A stretch of 64,000 nt of DNA, from contig OZ024742.1 of assembly GCA_964016885.1 (NCBI GenBank), positions 316,262,001-316,326,000 on the forward strand. The letters are read 5' to 3'. Made by a program: the position numbers and the translations under genes. Source of the stretch: Eledone cirrhosa. Lineage: Eukaryota. Of this stretch, positions 38,536 to 52,791 are shown in pieces (positions within the stretch are counted from its first letter, which is position 1; each line of letters starts with the position of its first letter). The notes below the pieces were generated by a model. The model was not told the DNA's origin. It was given only the letters and a program-made list of their open reading frames with translations, and ran no database searches.

Positions 38536-39499
38536 TTATATATAAACGTATCAATATTTCTAACCCGACCCATGTTTTTATTGAAATAATTCAATAAACT
38601 ATCAGTAAATAGCAAAAACTTTTCCCATGGCATTTCTTCAACTTAATCTATCAATAATATAATTCACACCACTGCGTCAAATATTGCGAAATTCCGATGT
38701 AACCTGAAACTCATATTTCAATTAATTTTGAAAGACAAAGTAGCTCCACACCCAACCCCTTTGTCGGAGTGTGCCCCATCTGTGTAAAAGACCCAGTTGT
38801 TAAAACTAATTGACTATATGTTAATGTAATTTTTTACTTCCTCCTTTGAGTTTTTAATCGTTATTTTAAATGAACTTAATTGTCCTACCCAAAGAGGAAG
38901 ACAAATATCATGCTGAGTTCTTTTACATTTAAACTAAGCAGTTAGCAGCTCACGTTTCCTAGACTCTTCTATCAACAAGTGAGTAGGTGTTAACCTTGCT
39001 TCTTGAAAAATAACTTGAGGGTAGATCTTAGACATACGAATATAGTTTTGTGAACTTGGCACGGCATCTAACGATAACATGAAGGTAGCTCGTGCTTGTG
39101 TCTCTCCAAACCAAGCTGTCGTACAGAGATTGAGCGTAGTCGAAGAAGACTAGAACTAAGAAAAACAGAAACCTTGGGAAAAAGAAAGCCCAAGTATACA
39201 GTAAGTTCTACAAGAATGGGACCTGCTGGCATAGGGAAACTGGGACAGGCTGCAGTTTTGTACACCCCAGACTCTATGCAAACTGCACCCAACCTACTCA
39301 TGCCAACTAACCAAGCCAAAACCAGCATGGGCAAACAACACAGCATAAAGGGTCACTACCCAGGAAGTAATCTGAGGTTGCACGTACTGCCCCAATGAAG
39401 AGGAGACAGTATGTGGAAAAACACATGGCGTATTATTTCCTATATAGATGATAAACATAGCAACAAGGATATAGTCTGAACGTGGAAGGATCGAACTCC

Positions 39500-39775
39500 C
39501 ACTGTCATCACCTCCATCTCTCCCCCCCCCCATCTCTTTGCATGGTGAGCAAATGGGGTCAGACGTGCTGGCCTCCCCACAGCCCCGGCGGACAGAATGG
39601 AGAAGGCGTTTCCACGGAGGATGGTAAGGCAGATGCGCTGGAAGAGCCATTCCATCTCGTGAGGCTCACAGCTACGGCTGGCCAGCTCATCGCCTATTGT
39701 GGTGAGTAGGGAGGTAGCCCTAGGGCTAAGGACACCAGAAGTCTCCACTGCCAAGGGCACGACCGCTCGACTCCT
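39500..39775 (-). mobile_element. 3' end of a CRE-like non-LTR element (restriction-like endonuclease C-terminus); a second piece lies at about 57005-57100 on +
   Basis: PLAVETSG...WLFQRICLTILRGNAFSIL motif. Confidence 0.75.
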
Positions 39776-39799
39776 TAATTAAACAATCTCAAGTGTTTA

Positions 39800-39854
<55 letters not shown>

Positions 39855-40099
39855 TTTTCTTTATTAACCACAAGGGTTTACATAAAGTAGACATTAAGGA
39901 CAATACAGGACAATACAGGACGGTACAAATGGGCATTTCTGCGTGTAAAAAAAACGGAGGTTGAAATAAAATAACAAAGAAAAATTCCCCAATAGGGGGG
40001 AGACTTCCGAGGGACATTTGTGGAGAAAGCCCATTAAAAGACCACAGTGGCCCTGACCACCAGGGCAAGTGCCCTCTCCCAGTTTTCCACCTTTAATTT

Positions 40100-43000
40100 A
40101 CAGACACATACTCAGAGTAGGCCCATTCACTCGGGTCATACTTGCTTCTCTCACCCATCTTTCAACAAAATGCTGGGAAGAGAGCACTTACCTCTCTACC
40201 CTGATTTTCCTTTTCAAATGAAATTTGAAAAAGTTAATCAGGGCATCACCGAAGAGGTAAGTGCTCGTCTTCAGCCCTTTCAAACGTATCCACCATACTA
40301 TCTCTTTCGCCATGGCCACCAGACAGATAAAAACTGCCTGCCCTTCCCAGCTAAAAGAAGAGGGCGGGGCAATTCTCACGATGGACTCAGCTGATAGCTG
40401 GATCCGTCCTACACGTGACAGAAGGTGTTCGACATAAACCCTCAAGTCAGCAATGCTCGGATACTGGACGAGTGCGTGCAGGACGGTTTCGTCGCCCTGC
40501 GCGCATCTCGGACATGCCCGGCTGACGGCACCTCCATGCCTGTAGAGTTTATCCCGAACTGGCAAAGCACCTCGGTAGCACTGCCAGGCCAGGGATTTCT
40601 GGAGGTTGTCCATAGGCCCCGACCCTAAAGTCCTTCCGAAGAGATTGGCTAGTTGATTTTCGTCGACGCCTAGAGTTTCTCCAAGTACGTCGTCGCTCTT
40701 CCCCTCCCCGAATCCTCTATAGAACGCCAAGGTGTAGATTCCACCGATCACATTGCCCGATTGGTCGAGGGCTGTGAGCGCCTGAAGACATTCCAGTCTC
40801 CAAGCGCTTCCTCTCGGTCTTCGCTTGACCCAAGACTGCAGCTCCGTCAAGGAGACGAGCTGGGGAAAGACGCGTCTAGCAAACGGCGACCACACCTGAT
40901 CACCGTCGAGGAAGAGGTGGAGATGTCGTAGCCTGAGCGCGTATCTGCGCATCATCAGCCACGGCATGTCCAGCTCTCCACGTAGCGGGTGTTGACAGCA
41001 GATGGACCGCCTGACCATCGGAGGCGTCCCTTCCACAAAAAGCGAAAGAGCAAACGCTCCAGCGCAGTCAGGTGGGGCTTAGGAGAAGGTACGACGGGCA
41101 GGCGGTAGTAGATGACGGACGCGATGTACGCGTTAGCCACCTCCGCTCGACCTTTCAGGGATAGCTTCCTCTCCGCCCATTTCTGGGTGAGAGAAGCCAC
41201 CCTGCTAGTCACCTCGTCCCAGTTTTTGTCCGTCTGGAGGTCCGGACCGAACCAGACCCCTAGCAATTTAACCGGTCCGTCCGTCCAGCGCCCGACGACG
41301 CTGTTGGACGGCATGGACCTGCCTCTCCAGGTGCCGAGCTGCAGGCCCACTGACTTTTCCTGGTTGATCATTGCTCCTGTCACGGCTTCCTATTCTCTTA
41401 GTGTAGTGCCGATCGCCTCGATGTGTTTGGCGTTCGATACCACTACGGTGACATCGTCCGCATATGCTGACACGGATCTTCCACATCCTAGTTCGCGCAG
41501 GACCCCCCTCAACGTCTCCAGTTTGTGCAATAATGGCTCGAGAGTCAATACGTACAAGAGGAGCGAGAGGGGACATCCTTGGTGGACCGAGCGCATGATG
41601 TTGAACGGTTCCGAAAGGTGACCGTTCACTCTCACCACAGAGCAGATGTCGCTGTGCATGGCAGCGATCCAGCCTCTGAAGACGGGCCCAAAGCCAGCCG
41701 TATCGAAAGCTTTCGACTGATCTAAATTGATCAAGGCCCCACCCGTGCCAGGTTCCCTAGCTACCCTCTCTACGATGTATCGCCTGAGGTGGAGGTTGTC
41801 GTGGATGGATTTGTCGGGGTGGCGCACGTCTGCGCCTCTCCCACCAGACCACCAACGACAAGCGCCAACCTCTTTGCTAGCACCTTGGCCAAAATCTTGA
41901 ACTCTGTGTTTAGCAGAGTTATGGGCCTGAAATTATCTATGTTATCCCCCTTATTCGGATCCTTTCTCAGCAGCGCCACAGCTCCTCGGCTCACTGAGCT
42001 GGGAATTCTCCCGTTCTGTTGCCAGTTGCAGTAGACGTCCGCCAAGAGGCCTCCGAACAAGTCTGGCATCTGTACGTAAAGTTCATAGGGCAGACCATCC
42101 AAACCAGGCGATTTACCCCTTGTTCAGCCAGTCATTCACATTCGCTCGGGATCGAGTAGCATGCGCCCGTCGTGGTCCACCAAAGACCGGATCGTGGCTT
42201 TGTTGCCACGACGCGCCTCCGCCACTCGGGCCCATTGAACGGCTTTCTCCCCCTCGTGTCTGAGAGCACGCACCCTAGCTCTGACAACGCAGCCTTCGTG
42301 CTTTGCATTGAAGAATTGATAAAGGGGCAATTTCGCCGCAAGTACGTCGGTCGCGATGCCTTTGCTAAGCTCCTCGTCTAAATTTCTAACTAGTTCTCCC
42401 TCTGCTCTATTTTTCTCTATTGTTAAAGCCTTACTAAATCTAATGGACTCTATTCTAATCACTCTTTTCAGAGCAAACCACCTCTTGTTGTTGACAATGG
42501 CCCCCGTCAACGCCCGCTTAACTAGTTCGCTAATCCGGTCTCTGTAGGCCTTGCGCGCTGGTAAGGACGCGTTTAGCTTCCAGTAGCCGGGTCCTCGTCT
42601 ATGAAGTCTATCTAAGTCAAGCACACAGATCACGAATTTGTGGTCCGTGTAGCTGACTATCTTGAATTGTGGACAGCCTATGCTAGACCTATCTATTTCC
42701 CTACAAAATACTCTATCTAGATATGATCTGGATGACCCTATGCGATTTGTCCAAGCCCACATTGGCACATTCGGGAAATCCAATCGGTACCTGTCAGACA
42801 GTTCATAACGCTTGAGCAGGTTGGTGAGGCTCTTGCAGCCTCCTCCCCTATCCGCTAATCCCACACAGTCCCAGCGTGCATCTAAGATCCCGTTCCAGTC
42901 GCCCACTAACACTAAAGAGCGGGACGTTCCAAGAAAGGTCTCCAGACGCCGGAAGAAATCAGGCCGCCCTGCTCTTGTCGAGGCATAGACGGCCACTAGC

Positions 43001-43319
43001 CTGAAAGCTTGCCCGTCTCCGCTGGTCACGTCCAGCACCACCAACTTACCCTCTGGGTCCAGGAAGATGGCCCGTATGGCGAGATCCAAACCTCTCCGAA
43101 AAAGCACAGCAACTCCTCCCCCGATCCAGGACGGCTGGGAGATGCGTACACATCGTAGCCGCCGAAGATCGGTGCGAAGGCCCGTGCTTCGGAGATTCTG
43201 GTCTCGCTGATGGCCACTACATCTATGTTTAGTGACCTGAGGTCGTTGATCAGGTGGCCCTGCTTCCATGACGACCCCAAGCCACGCGCATTTATGCTGC
43301 CTATTCTGAGTGAGGTCAT
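40100..43319 (-). pseudogene. LINE ORF2 (APE endonuclease plus reverse transcriptase) split over at least 6 ORFs
   Basis: Successive ORFs 43026-43319, 42136-43353, 41770-42102, 41390-41827, 40955-41383 and 40188-41036. Confidence 0.9.
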
Positions 43320-43490
43320 GTTGAAATGGGGTGGAAAAGATGAGAAAGACCACTTACCTTACTTCTCGTAGAGGAAGTATGGTTTCTCCATCCTTTTCAC
43401 TGCTTGTAGCCTCCTCTGGAAGGATGTCCTTATAAATCCTCCTGGAGAGTGTTTGTCGGAAGTCTCCGATGTCTTTGGGGAATTCTTGTT

Positions 43491-44859
43491 TTAGTGTTGT
43501 GTGTACGTTTTCTGTGTGATGCGAGTGATTTGTATGTGTGGAGGTGGTGTGAACTTTTGGGTTGTTGTGTAGTCTTTTTCTGTGATGCTGGTGTTGTGTT
43601 GGATGTAGTGTAATAATTGGTTGTTCAAATTTAATGCTGTGTAGTGTGTATCGTTTTGGTTGTTTTGTTTTGTTTGCATTTGTTGTGGGTTTGTTTCTGT
43701 TTCGCTTTTTGGTGACTTTTGTAGTGTAGGTGATGGTGGGGTTGGGGTTAATGATGGTGATGGTGTTGGTGTTTGTGGTGATGGGGTTGGTGATGCTGGT
43801 GTGGATGGTGGCATATCTGTCCTAACTTTTTTGTTTGGTAGTTTATTTGTTTCCCTCTGTATTTTGTTTTTGGAATGGGAAGGAAGAGAATTTTTTTCTT
43901 TTTTGGTTTCTTTTTTTCTTTTTTCATGATACCTTTTCCCACTCCCCGTCGTCACAATCTGTCTCCAGTTGTGATAGGCCGGGGAGTGGAAAATCCTCCA
44001 CAGGCGTTGGTTTTGGTTGTGGCGTGGTGGATGGAGTAGGCGCTGGTGCTAGTTCTGGCGCGTTGGGTGGTGGTGGTGTTGGTTTTGCTACTGTTGCTGG
44101 GGTTGTTGCTGTTACAGTTGCTTCTGTTGTTGCTGCTACAGTTGTTGCTGCCATCTCTGCTGCTGGTGGTGGTGATGGTTGAGTCACTGGGGTGGGTAAG
44201 AGAGGTGGCCTCAACCTTTTAGCCTGAGGGCAGAAAGCCCTTAGGTGGGTTCCTTCACCACAAACGACACACCTAGGCCTTCTGCCCTCGACGATTACGG
44301 TGAGGTGGCTGCCGTCAGTGAGGTCTATTACCTCTGGGATCTCTTCAATGCTTTTTTGGTCCGCTTGGATCAGGAGCTCCATCCCAGATCTGGACCAGTT
44401 CCCCTGCTTTTCTTTCGCTATTTCGATTATCTTGGTGTTGGCTTTGATGCCGGCGAGGACGGCAGCTATTAGCCAGGGAATTTCGATGGCCGGTGGAACG
44501 TGGGTCACCCTGATCTTTACGAGTCTCTGGCCACAATAGCTTGGGACGAGTGTGAAGTCGTCACTTCTTAATGGGGCCATAGAGTGTTCTCTGGCCTCCT
44601 GTGGTGTTTCAAAGAACACGTCCACGGTTCCATATTGCTGCCCACGTCTGATGTGGGTTTTTTTTGCCCACACATGTCCCAAAGCTTTTTGGATTTGGGA
44701 CTCGGATGCCCGCTCCACTCGGCGCGATTTTATATTAATTGTTCGATAAGACACGGTGCATAGGCGCCGATGCTCCATTTTATTAGGTGGTGGTGGTGGT
44801 GGTGGTGGTGAAGGGGGGGGGGGAGTGAGACTGACCCTGTACCCATCTTTCTTTACCAT
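43491..44859 (-). pseudogene. LINE ORF1 (gag-like, CCHC knuckle, Pro/Thr-rich tail); probable frameshift near 43925
   Basis: CVVCGEGTHLRAFC; first ATG at 44857-59; the reading continues in ORF 43491-43955. Confidence 0.8.
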
Positions 44860-45363
44860 TTTTTTGGCTTCTTCTAATATTGAGATAGAGCGACCGTGAT
44901 GTTTGAGCAAACATCACGGTCGCTCTATCTCAAAATTATTTTTGAAAAGCATTAGAAATGCGCAACCGGTAAAAACTTAAAACTAAAACTGAATACTAAG
45001 CAATACTTATTACTAATTTATACTTATTCCTAATTAAACTATTTTTCACTGGGAAAAATTTGTCAGCATTCTCTTTTCCTTTTACTAATATATATATATT
45101 GAATTGTATTAGTAATTTTACCGTGCTTGACTACAAACATATAGTCTAATATTAACTGACCGTATAAGCCCCTAGAACCGGGAAAAATGGAAATGAGAAT
45201 GGTCCATCTTATCCGTTCTAGTGGCTCACCTTATTAGACTATTTCGTGTAGTAAAAAAATAATACGGCGAAATTACTAATTCAGTTCAATTTACAAATTC
45301 CATTGCCAGCTCTTCTAATCACGTGATGTTTATATATATCTATATCTATCTCAAACTCCCCCC

Positions 45364-45401
<38 letters not shown>

Positions 45402-45562
45402 GTATGATGAACCCACACACACGCACACACACACATATATAATGAGTTTTCTTTATAAACTCATTTGGTAGTATTCATAATTCTATTTAGCTTGAAATGG
45501 CGACACAATATTCTATATTCGTTTCTTCCTTTTCACGAAGTGAACCTGAATAGACCAATCAC

Positions 45563-45668
<106 letters not shown>

Positions 45669-45675
45669 CTAGCAT

Positions 45676-45707
45676 ACTAGCTGAGGTACCCAGCTTTGCC
45701 AGGGTTA
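45676..45707 (-). mobile_element. Helitron 3' terminus
   Basis: Minus strand aaccctggcaaagctgggtacctcagCTAG|t, the same architecture as 38505-38535. Confidence 0.6.
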
Positions 45708-47346
45708 ACAAATGATAAGAGAAGACCGGCAGAAGAGAAAACGTCTGTATTGAATGCATTGTCTTGTTTACAGTGTGTGTGTATTGTGTGTGTGTATGTT
45801 TGTGTGTTTGTGTATATATATATGTGTGTGTGTGTGTGTTTTAATGTTTGTGTGGGTGTATATATATATGTGTGTGTGTGTATATATATATATGTGTGTG
45901 TGTGCATGTGTTCGTGTTCGCGTTCGTGTGTGTGCCTGTGTGAGTGTTCCTGTGTGTGCGCGTGTGTGTGTAAACCACCGTTGGAATCGAAGACATAGGC
46001 CGCGAAAGACAATCATCAATGACACCGAACTCGAGAAAAAATCCCTTATGGTTGATTACCAACCAGCTAGAAATAGCAGTCAGGTTGGTTAGCATACGTA
46101 GTATGTCTTTCTTCTTCTTTGGTGTTATAAAATTAGTATCAATAAACTTTCCTGGATATACTCTTATCCCAATCATGTACATACTTTCGGGAAGGAACCA
46201 GCCAACAAACATCTCTCTTTTATGTATCTTTTATTTGTTCATTCAAAATATTTTTCAGATAATTCTGTCGTACAATATACATCAGCAATCGTTATCTAAT
46301 GTTTAAAACATATGAATAGCTGCGATATATACACCATATCAATCAAAAACGATATGAGAATTGAATACCATACTAAAGCTCCAGTAAGCTTGCTAAGAAC
46401 CTGCAGATAGAAATGTTAATAAATACAACATTTGTCTTGGGTAAACTTTAAGATGTTCTTTCATTGTTTTCTCAGCCAGTACGTTAAAGAAAATTGATAG
46501 TTACAACAATAAAGGTTGAACAGAGAACAAAGTTTTTACTTTACAATAATTTGTACAACCATAATGGAAATTCCAAGTAACAGAAAATACATAAATTACC
46601 TTGTTAGAGCCTCAGTGTATACAATATTTTTTGTTCGGCTCTCGGGAGCAAAGATGAAGAGATTGTTTGGCGAGCTCACCCTAGAGCATCCTACAAAAAA
46701 TTGACCATGGTTTCCCCAGATGAAGGCCAGCCACATTTAGGGTTTGACCCCGAGCTTTGTTGTTGGTAATCGCAAAGCTTAGTCTCTCTGTTGCTCAAGT
46801 AACATTTTTCTTCTGGAAAATCTGATCTTGTGACCAGGCTAGGACATTTTGGGTGGCATATCGGCAGTAACAATGACGATAAGCTGTCTGTGCTTTCGTG
46901 AAATAAATACGTTTGTTTTTATTTTGTTTTTGTGTATGCAAAAATATCTGTACGCGAATTTATAATTATATATATATATATATTAAAATAACAGATTAAA
47001 GTTTAAGCAAAGAATCGCTGCTTTCACCCTTAACAGGATCTTCTGAAACTAAAAAAAATCAATCTGTGAACGCAGAAGTAAATATTTCGAAAAACGTTGC
47101 AACCGAAAGAAAACAGGAAGATGATACTTTGGTTCGTGAAGACGTTAGGAATGTTGTATAACCGGAATTGTTGACATTTGAAAATTTTAAAGAAGTGAAT
47201 ATTTAATCTTTTAACAAAATTCAGTAGACAAAAATACCCTCACTTTCTTACTTGGAAAAAGTTACATCTATGGTGCAAATTGGGTGCCGTTTGATCCAGC
47301 CACTTGGCGGAAAGTTTGTTACTTATATACCGCCGTCAGCTTTATA

Positions 47347-47405
<59 letters not shown>

Positions 47406-47419
47406 TATACATAAATATA

Positions 47420-47509
<90 letters not shown>

Positions 47510-47523
47510 TATACATAAATATA

Positions 47524-47563
<40 letters not shown>

Positions 47564-47577
47564 TATACATAAATATA

Positions 47578-47709
<132 letters not shown>

Positions 47710-47968
47710 TACACAAATACACAAACAGACAGATGTAGATAGATACGTATATACAATATATACGAGAAAATATATTATACGGTGTGCTCCAGCATGACTA
47801 TGTTGTCAAGAAATATTCGCATCATCGTGTGATCCTAGGTATGGTCCTACTACACTACATACTGAGCGAGAAAGACCTATCACACCTATGTAGAATGTCA
47901 TTGTCATATATATCTAGCACTCTCGCTCTCCCTCTGTCTTTCTCACCATCTCTCTCTCTCTCTATATA

Positions 47969-48073
47969 CAGGGTGTCCCCTCCCAGAAATGTATACAGAA
48001 TTCAACAGCATTCTAATAAAAACTGCCTTTTACAGGTAATCAAAGTATGTAAACATTTTTTGGGGACATCCTG
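47969..48073. mobile_element. 105-bp Tc1/mariner-type MITE
   Basis: TIRs cagggtgtcccc and ggggacatcctg, flanked by TA. Confidence 0.8.
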
Positions 48074-48174
48074 TATATATATATATATATATATATATAG
48101 GTAAGATATATATATATATGTAGGTAATATATATATATATATATATAGGTAAGATATATATATATATGTAGGTA

Positions 48175-48231
<57 letters not shown>

Positions 48232-48798
48232 TAAGATATATATATATATAGGTAACACATATATATATATATATATATAAGGAATACCAAAGGAATTATC
48301 ATAAAGGTAGACAAAACATCGAATCTATACACCCTGGATGTAGAAACATATAACAATTTTATACGTAAGGAATTACATAGGAAGTACAAAAAACAAACGC
48401 AACTACACTAACCAACATTAATAACGCAGCATGTGATATTGTTAGGAAACTGAAAATTGACGACAGAACGGTACCCCTATACCCAGCTACACCGACTTTT
48501 AATCTGAAGGACTATAAGGATAACTTTGATACTAACCCTAAAATTAGATTAATATGTCCTTCAAAGTCCGATAAAGGTAGAATTAGTAAGTACATATTAG
48601 ATCGTATTATCCCCCCAAGTTAAGGCTAAGGTAGATATTAAATTATGGGGTAATACTCATCAGGCAATAAGATGGTTCAATAGCATTAGGGACAAAAACA
48701 AATCTTCTTTTATTCAATTCGGCCTCTCTTTCGCTAAGACTAACTCGGACCTCACAAACGAGGAAATTAATATTATACTTGAAGCTAGACGCACAGTA

Positions 48799-50013
48799 GT
48801 GCACTTTGAAAATAGTTATTGGGTCCGCAGGGATAGACCCTCGGAATTCGACATTACGATGGGTTCTAATGATTCGGCGGAGGTCACGGATTTGGTTGAG
48901 ATCTATATAGCCCATAGACTCCAGAGCGAATTTACGGACCTCCACGGCGGAATATACCGCGACGATACACTTCTATTAGTCAAGAATATGAACAAACAAA
49001 ACCTAGAAAGGCGACGTAAAAACATTAGGAAACTTTTCTTAGAACTAGGGCTTAATATTACCTTCGAACACAATCTTAAGGTGGTCAACTTCTTGGATGT
49101 CACCTTCAACCTTAATAACGGTAATATAGAGCCATTTCACAAACTTAATGAAAATCTTAAGTACGTTAATGTAAAATCGAACCATCCTCATTCCATTATT
49201 AAATCTATCCCTAAAAATATATCCATAAGGATCTCCCGACTGTCGTCTAATTTGCAGACCTTCAACGAGCATGCTGAATATTATAATGACGCACTTAGAA
49301 AAGCTGGTTACTGCGAGAAAATTGAATATCTAGACGATAACCACATAAGTACTATGAATAAAACACATCTAAGTCGAACTAGTATTGCACCACACACACA
49401 CATCAATAGGCATACTAATAGGTGCAAACCAGCAAATAGAGTCAGACGTAGAGAGTACATATGGTATAACCCCGTGTACAATTCTTCTATTAGCACTAAG
49501 ATTATCTCACAATTCTATACACTAATCAATAAACACTTTACAACTTCACATAAATACTATAAAATCTTTAACTTGCGCAGCATTAGACTCTCATACTCCA
49601 CTGCACCTAACATAGAACAACTAATTAGAAAACTCAACTCAGCAATACTGAATAAGTTCATCCCTAATGACTCAGCGCACCAGCATAGCAACATACAACG
49701 CACTAACACGCAACCACAACCCCACCAAACTATCCAGGATTCTACTGCAAAACATAAAAATAATTGTAACTGCACCAAACCAGGTACGTGCCCACTGAAT
49801 AACCAGTGCCTAGCACGCAATATTGTCTACCGATGTACAATAAATTCCGGAACCAACAAATGGTATTACGTCGGATGTACCGCAACTCCTTTCAAGGCTC
49901 GCCTATACCAACATCGATCTTCGATCAGGCACGAGAAAATGCGCTCCGTAACAACCCTCGCCGATAAAGCCTGGCAGCTTCGGAGGAACAATCAAGCGTT
50001 CTCCCTTGATTAG
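48799..50013 (+). pseudogene. Penelope RT C-terminal half plus GIY-YIG endonuclease (404 aa open segment)
   Basis: Motifs as above. Frameshifts lie upstream and there is a premature TAG at 50011-13, after which homology continues. Confidence 0.9.
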
Positions 50014-50599
50014 CAAATTATTGCAGCTGCGCCTGCATATCAGCAAAATCATCGATTCTGCAAGTTATGCAATTTAGAGATATACTGCATTTTAAAGTCG
50101 GTAAACAAACTTTTGAACAGCAAAATTGAACGTTCTCTATACTGAAACCATCATTTGAAAACGACTTTTTCTTTTTTTAAATGCATATAATGTTACCTTT
50201 TTACACCACCGTTTGCAAATTTCTGTCTTATATGTTTATACACAAGATATGGCTTTCTATAATAATAGTACTAAACACTGTTTTTCTGGACCCCTTTAGA
50301 AATAACCTGCTACTATAATAGCCCTAATAACTTGTCTGTGACACTGTACACTTTGACCCCTTTAACTAAATTTTGTCCGAACAACACCACTAGAAGAATC
50401 TACTTCCCCGCCAACCTTAGCACGCCTCATTAAGCTAACTGCTGCCAAAACATTCTCTCCTCACAATCTCTACTAGTCTGACAGTCATAAATCCTAAGAC
50501 TCCCTCCACCTTACTCACTTCCCTCTTCCCCTTCTCTTCCTACCTCCTTCTTTATCTTTTATCTAGTGTATAAAATATTTTCATATCATTCTAATACAA

Positions 50600-50716
50600 A
50601 GGTCTGAAGACATGGTGTGTTTGCTTACAGTGTACCTTCGGTTTATGATAATATTTGTATATTATTCAAATAGCGAGGTATAGGTAACCCATACACTATA
50701 GAAACAATTGTTACCT
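50600..50716 (+). ncRNA. Type I hammerhead in the Penelope 3' UTR with a long structured stem II
   Basis: Stem I aggt/acct; CTGAAGA 50604-10; stem II atggtgtgt/atacactat; GAAAC-AATT-GTT with palindrome ACAATTGT. Confidence 0.75.
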
Positions 50717-50870
50717 AATAAATTCTATATACCCGCATTTCCATTTCGTAAACTTCTTCTCCATATTTTCTCCGGATTTTAAAACACACTTTATTATACG
50801 TTGACCAATCTCTGACGTCGGTTGACTCCATCCAATGCAACTACTTAGTAACATTGGAATACAAATTTAC

Positions 50871-51528
<658 letters not shown>

Positions 51529-51678
51529 AGTATGCATGTATACGTACATACATATATGTATACAGGCATAAATTCAGGCTGTTCAGTTTGTTTACAAACG
51601 AACAAAGCGACGTTATAATAAGCGCCGCTAAACTGATACGTGCATATATGTATGTGTACCTGTATGCATATGTATGTA

Positions 51679-51711
<33 letters not shown>

Positions 51712-51951
51712 GTGCATGCTACTGTACGTCTATATACATATATGTATGTACGTATACATGCATACTTACATTTAAGTAAGTGCCATACTAAGAGTGAGAA
51801 ATGAAATTTCGTTTTCATTTTGTTTCAATTTATCGTTTTCGGTATGCCTGACCGATTTAACTCACTCAATATGCAAATTAGGCTGCTCAGCCGTTAATTT
51901 TCATAAGGAAAGTATATACTTTCGAACGTTCAACTATCTGGCAGATGGGTA

Positions 51952-51996
51952 AACGGTGCTGATGATAGCTAACAAGCTTGAAACTAGTACATCGTT
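51952..51996 (+). ncRNA. Minimal type I hammerhead, array copy 1
   Basis: Stem I aacggtg/catcgtt; CTGATGA 51959-65; stem II agct-aaca-agct; GAAAC-TA-GTA with palindrome ACTAGT. Confidence 0.88.
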
Positions 51997-52425
51997 CCTG
52001 TGTCAGTGTTGAACAAAAAGGTGACGTGGTTGCCTTAACACCGTATGGCATAAATTCAGGCTGTTCAGTTTGTTTACAAACGAACAAAGCGACGTTATAA
52101 TAAGCGCCGCTAAACTGATACGTGCATATATGTATGTGTACCTGTATGCATATGTATGTATATATGTATATATATATATATATATGTGCATGCTACTGTA
52201 CGTCTGTATATATATATGTATGTACGTATACATGCATACTTACATTTAAGTAAGTGCCATACTAAGAGTGAGAAATGAAATTTCGTTTTCATTTTGTTTC
52301 AATTTATCGTTTTCGGTATGCCTGACCGATTTAACTCACTCAATATGCAAATTAGGCTGCTCAGCCGTTAATTTTCATAAGGAAAGTATATACTTTCGAA
52401 CGTTCAACTATCTGGCAGATGGGTA

Positions 52426-52470
52426 AACGGTGCTGATGATAGCTAACAAGCTTGAAACTAGTACATCGTT
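52426..52470 (+). ncRNA. Minimal type I hammerhead, array copy 2
   Basis: Identical to copy 1, 474 bp downstream. Confidence 0.88.
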
Positions 52471-52791
52471 CCTGTGTCAGTGTTGAACAAAAAGGTGACG
52501 TGGTTGCCTTAACACCGTATGGCATAAATTCAGGCTGTTCAGTTTGTTTACAAACGAACAAAGCGACGTTATAATAAGCGCCGCTAAACTGATACGTGCA
52601 TATATATATGTGTACCTGTATGCATATGTATGTATATATGTATATATATATATATATATATGTGCATGCTACTGTACGTCTGTATACATATATGTATGTA
52701 CGTATACATGCATACTTACATTTAAGTAAGTGCCATACTAAGAGTGAGAAATGAAATTTCGTTTTCATTTTGTTTCAATTTATATATATAT

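Larger units (their letters stand above)
39803..44935 (-). mobile_element. Near full-length Tx1/L1-group LINE, frameshifted
   Basis: ORF1 with zinc knuckle. ORF2 has APE (SINARGL, ISETR, VGDWN, SYLDR, TDH), GPGYWKLN and RT (FRPITLLN, LDQSKAFD, QGCPLS, YADD). (TAT)n tail at 39803-39853. Confidence 0.93.
51524..52782 (+). mobile_element. Retrozyme-like tandem array, about 474-bp unit, about 2.5 copies, with inverted 5' piece
   Basis: Unit marker ggcataaattcaggctg at 51565, 52047 and 52521. One hammerhead per full unit. 51524-51564 is the reverse complement of 52680-52721. Confidence 0.85.

Noticed and set aside
39180-39300. CCCH-like peptide FYKNGTCWH...CSFVHPRL as a host exon
   Set aside because: The first Cys is missing and there is no clear splice context; more likely a LINE ORF1 relic.
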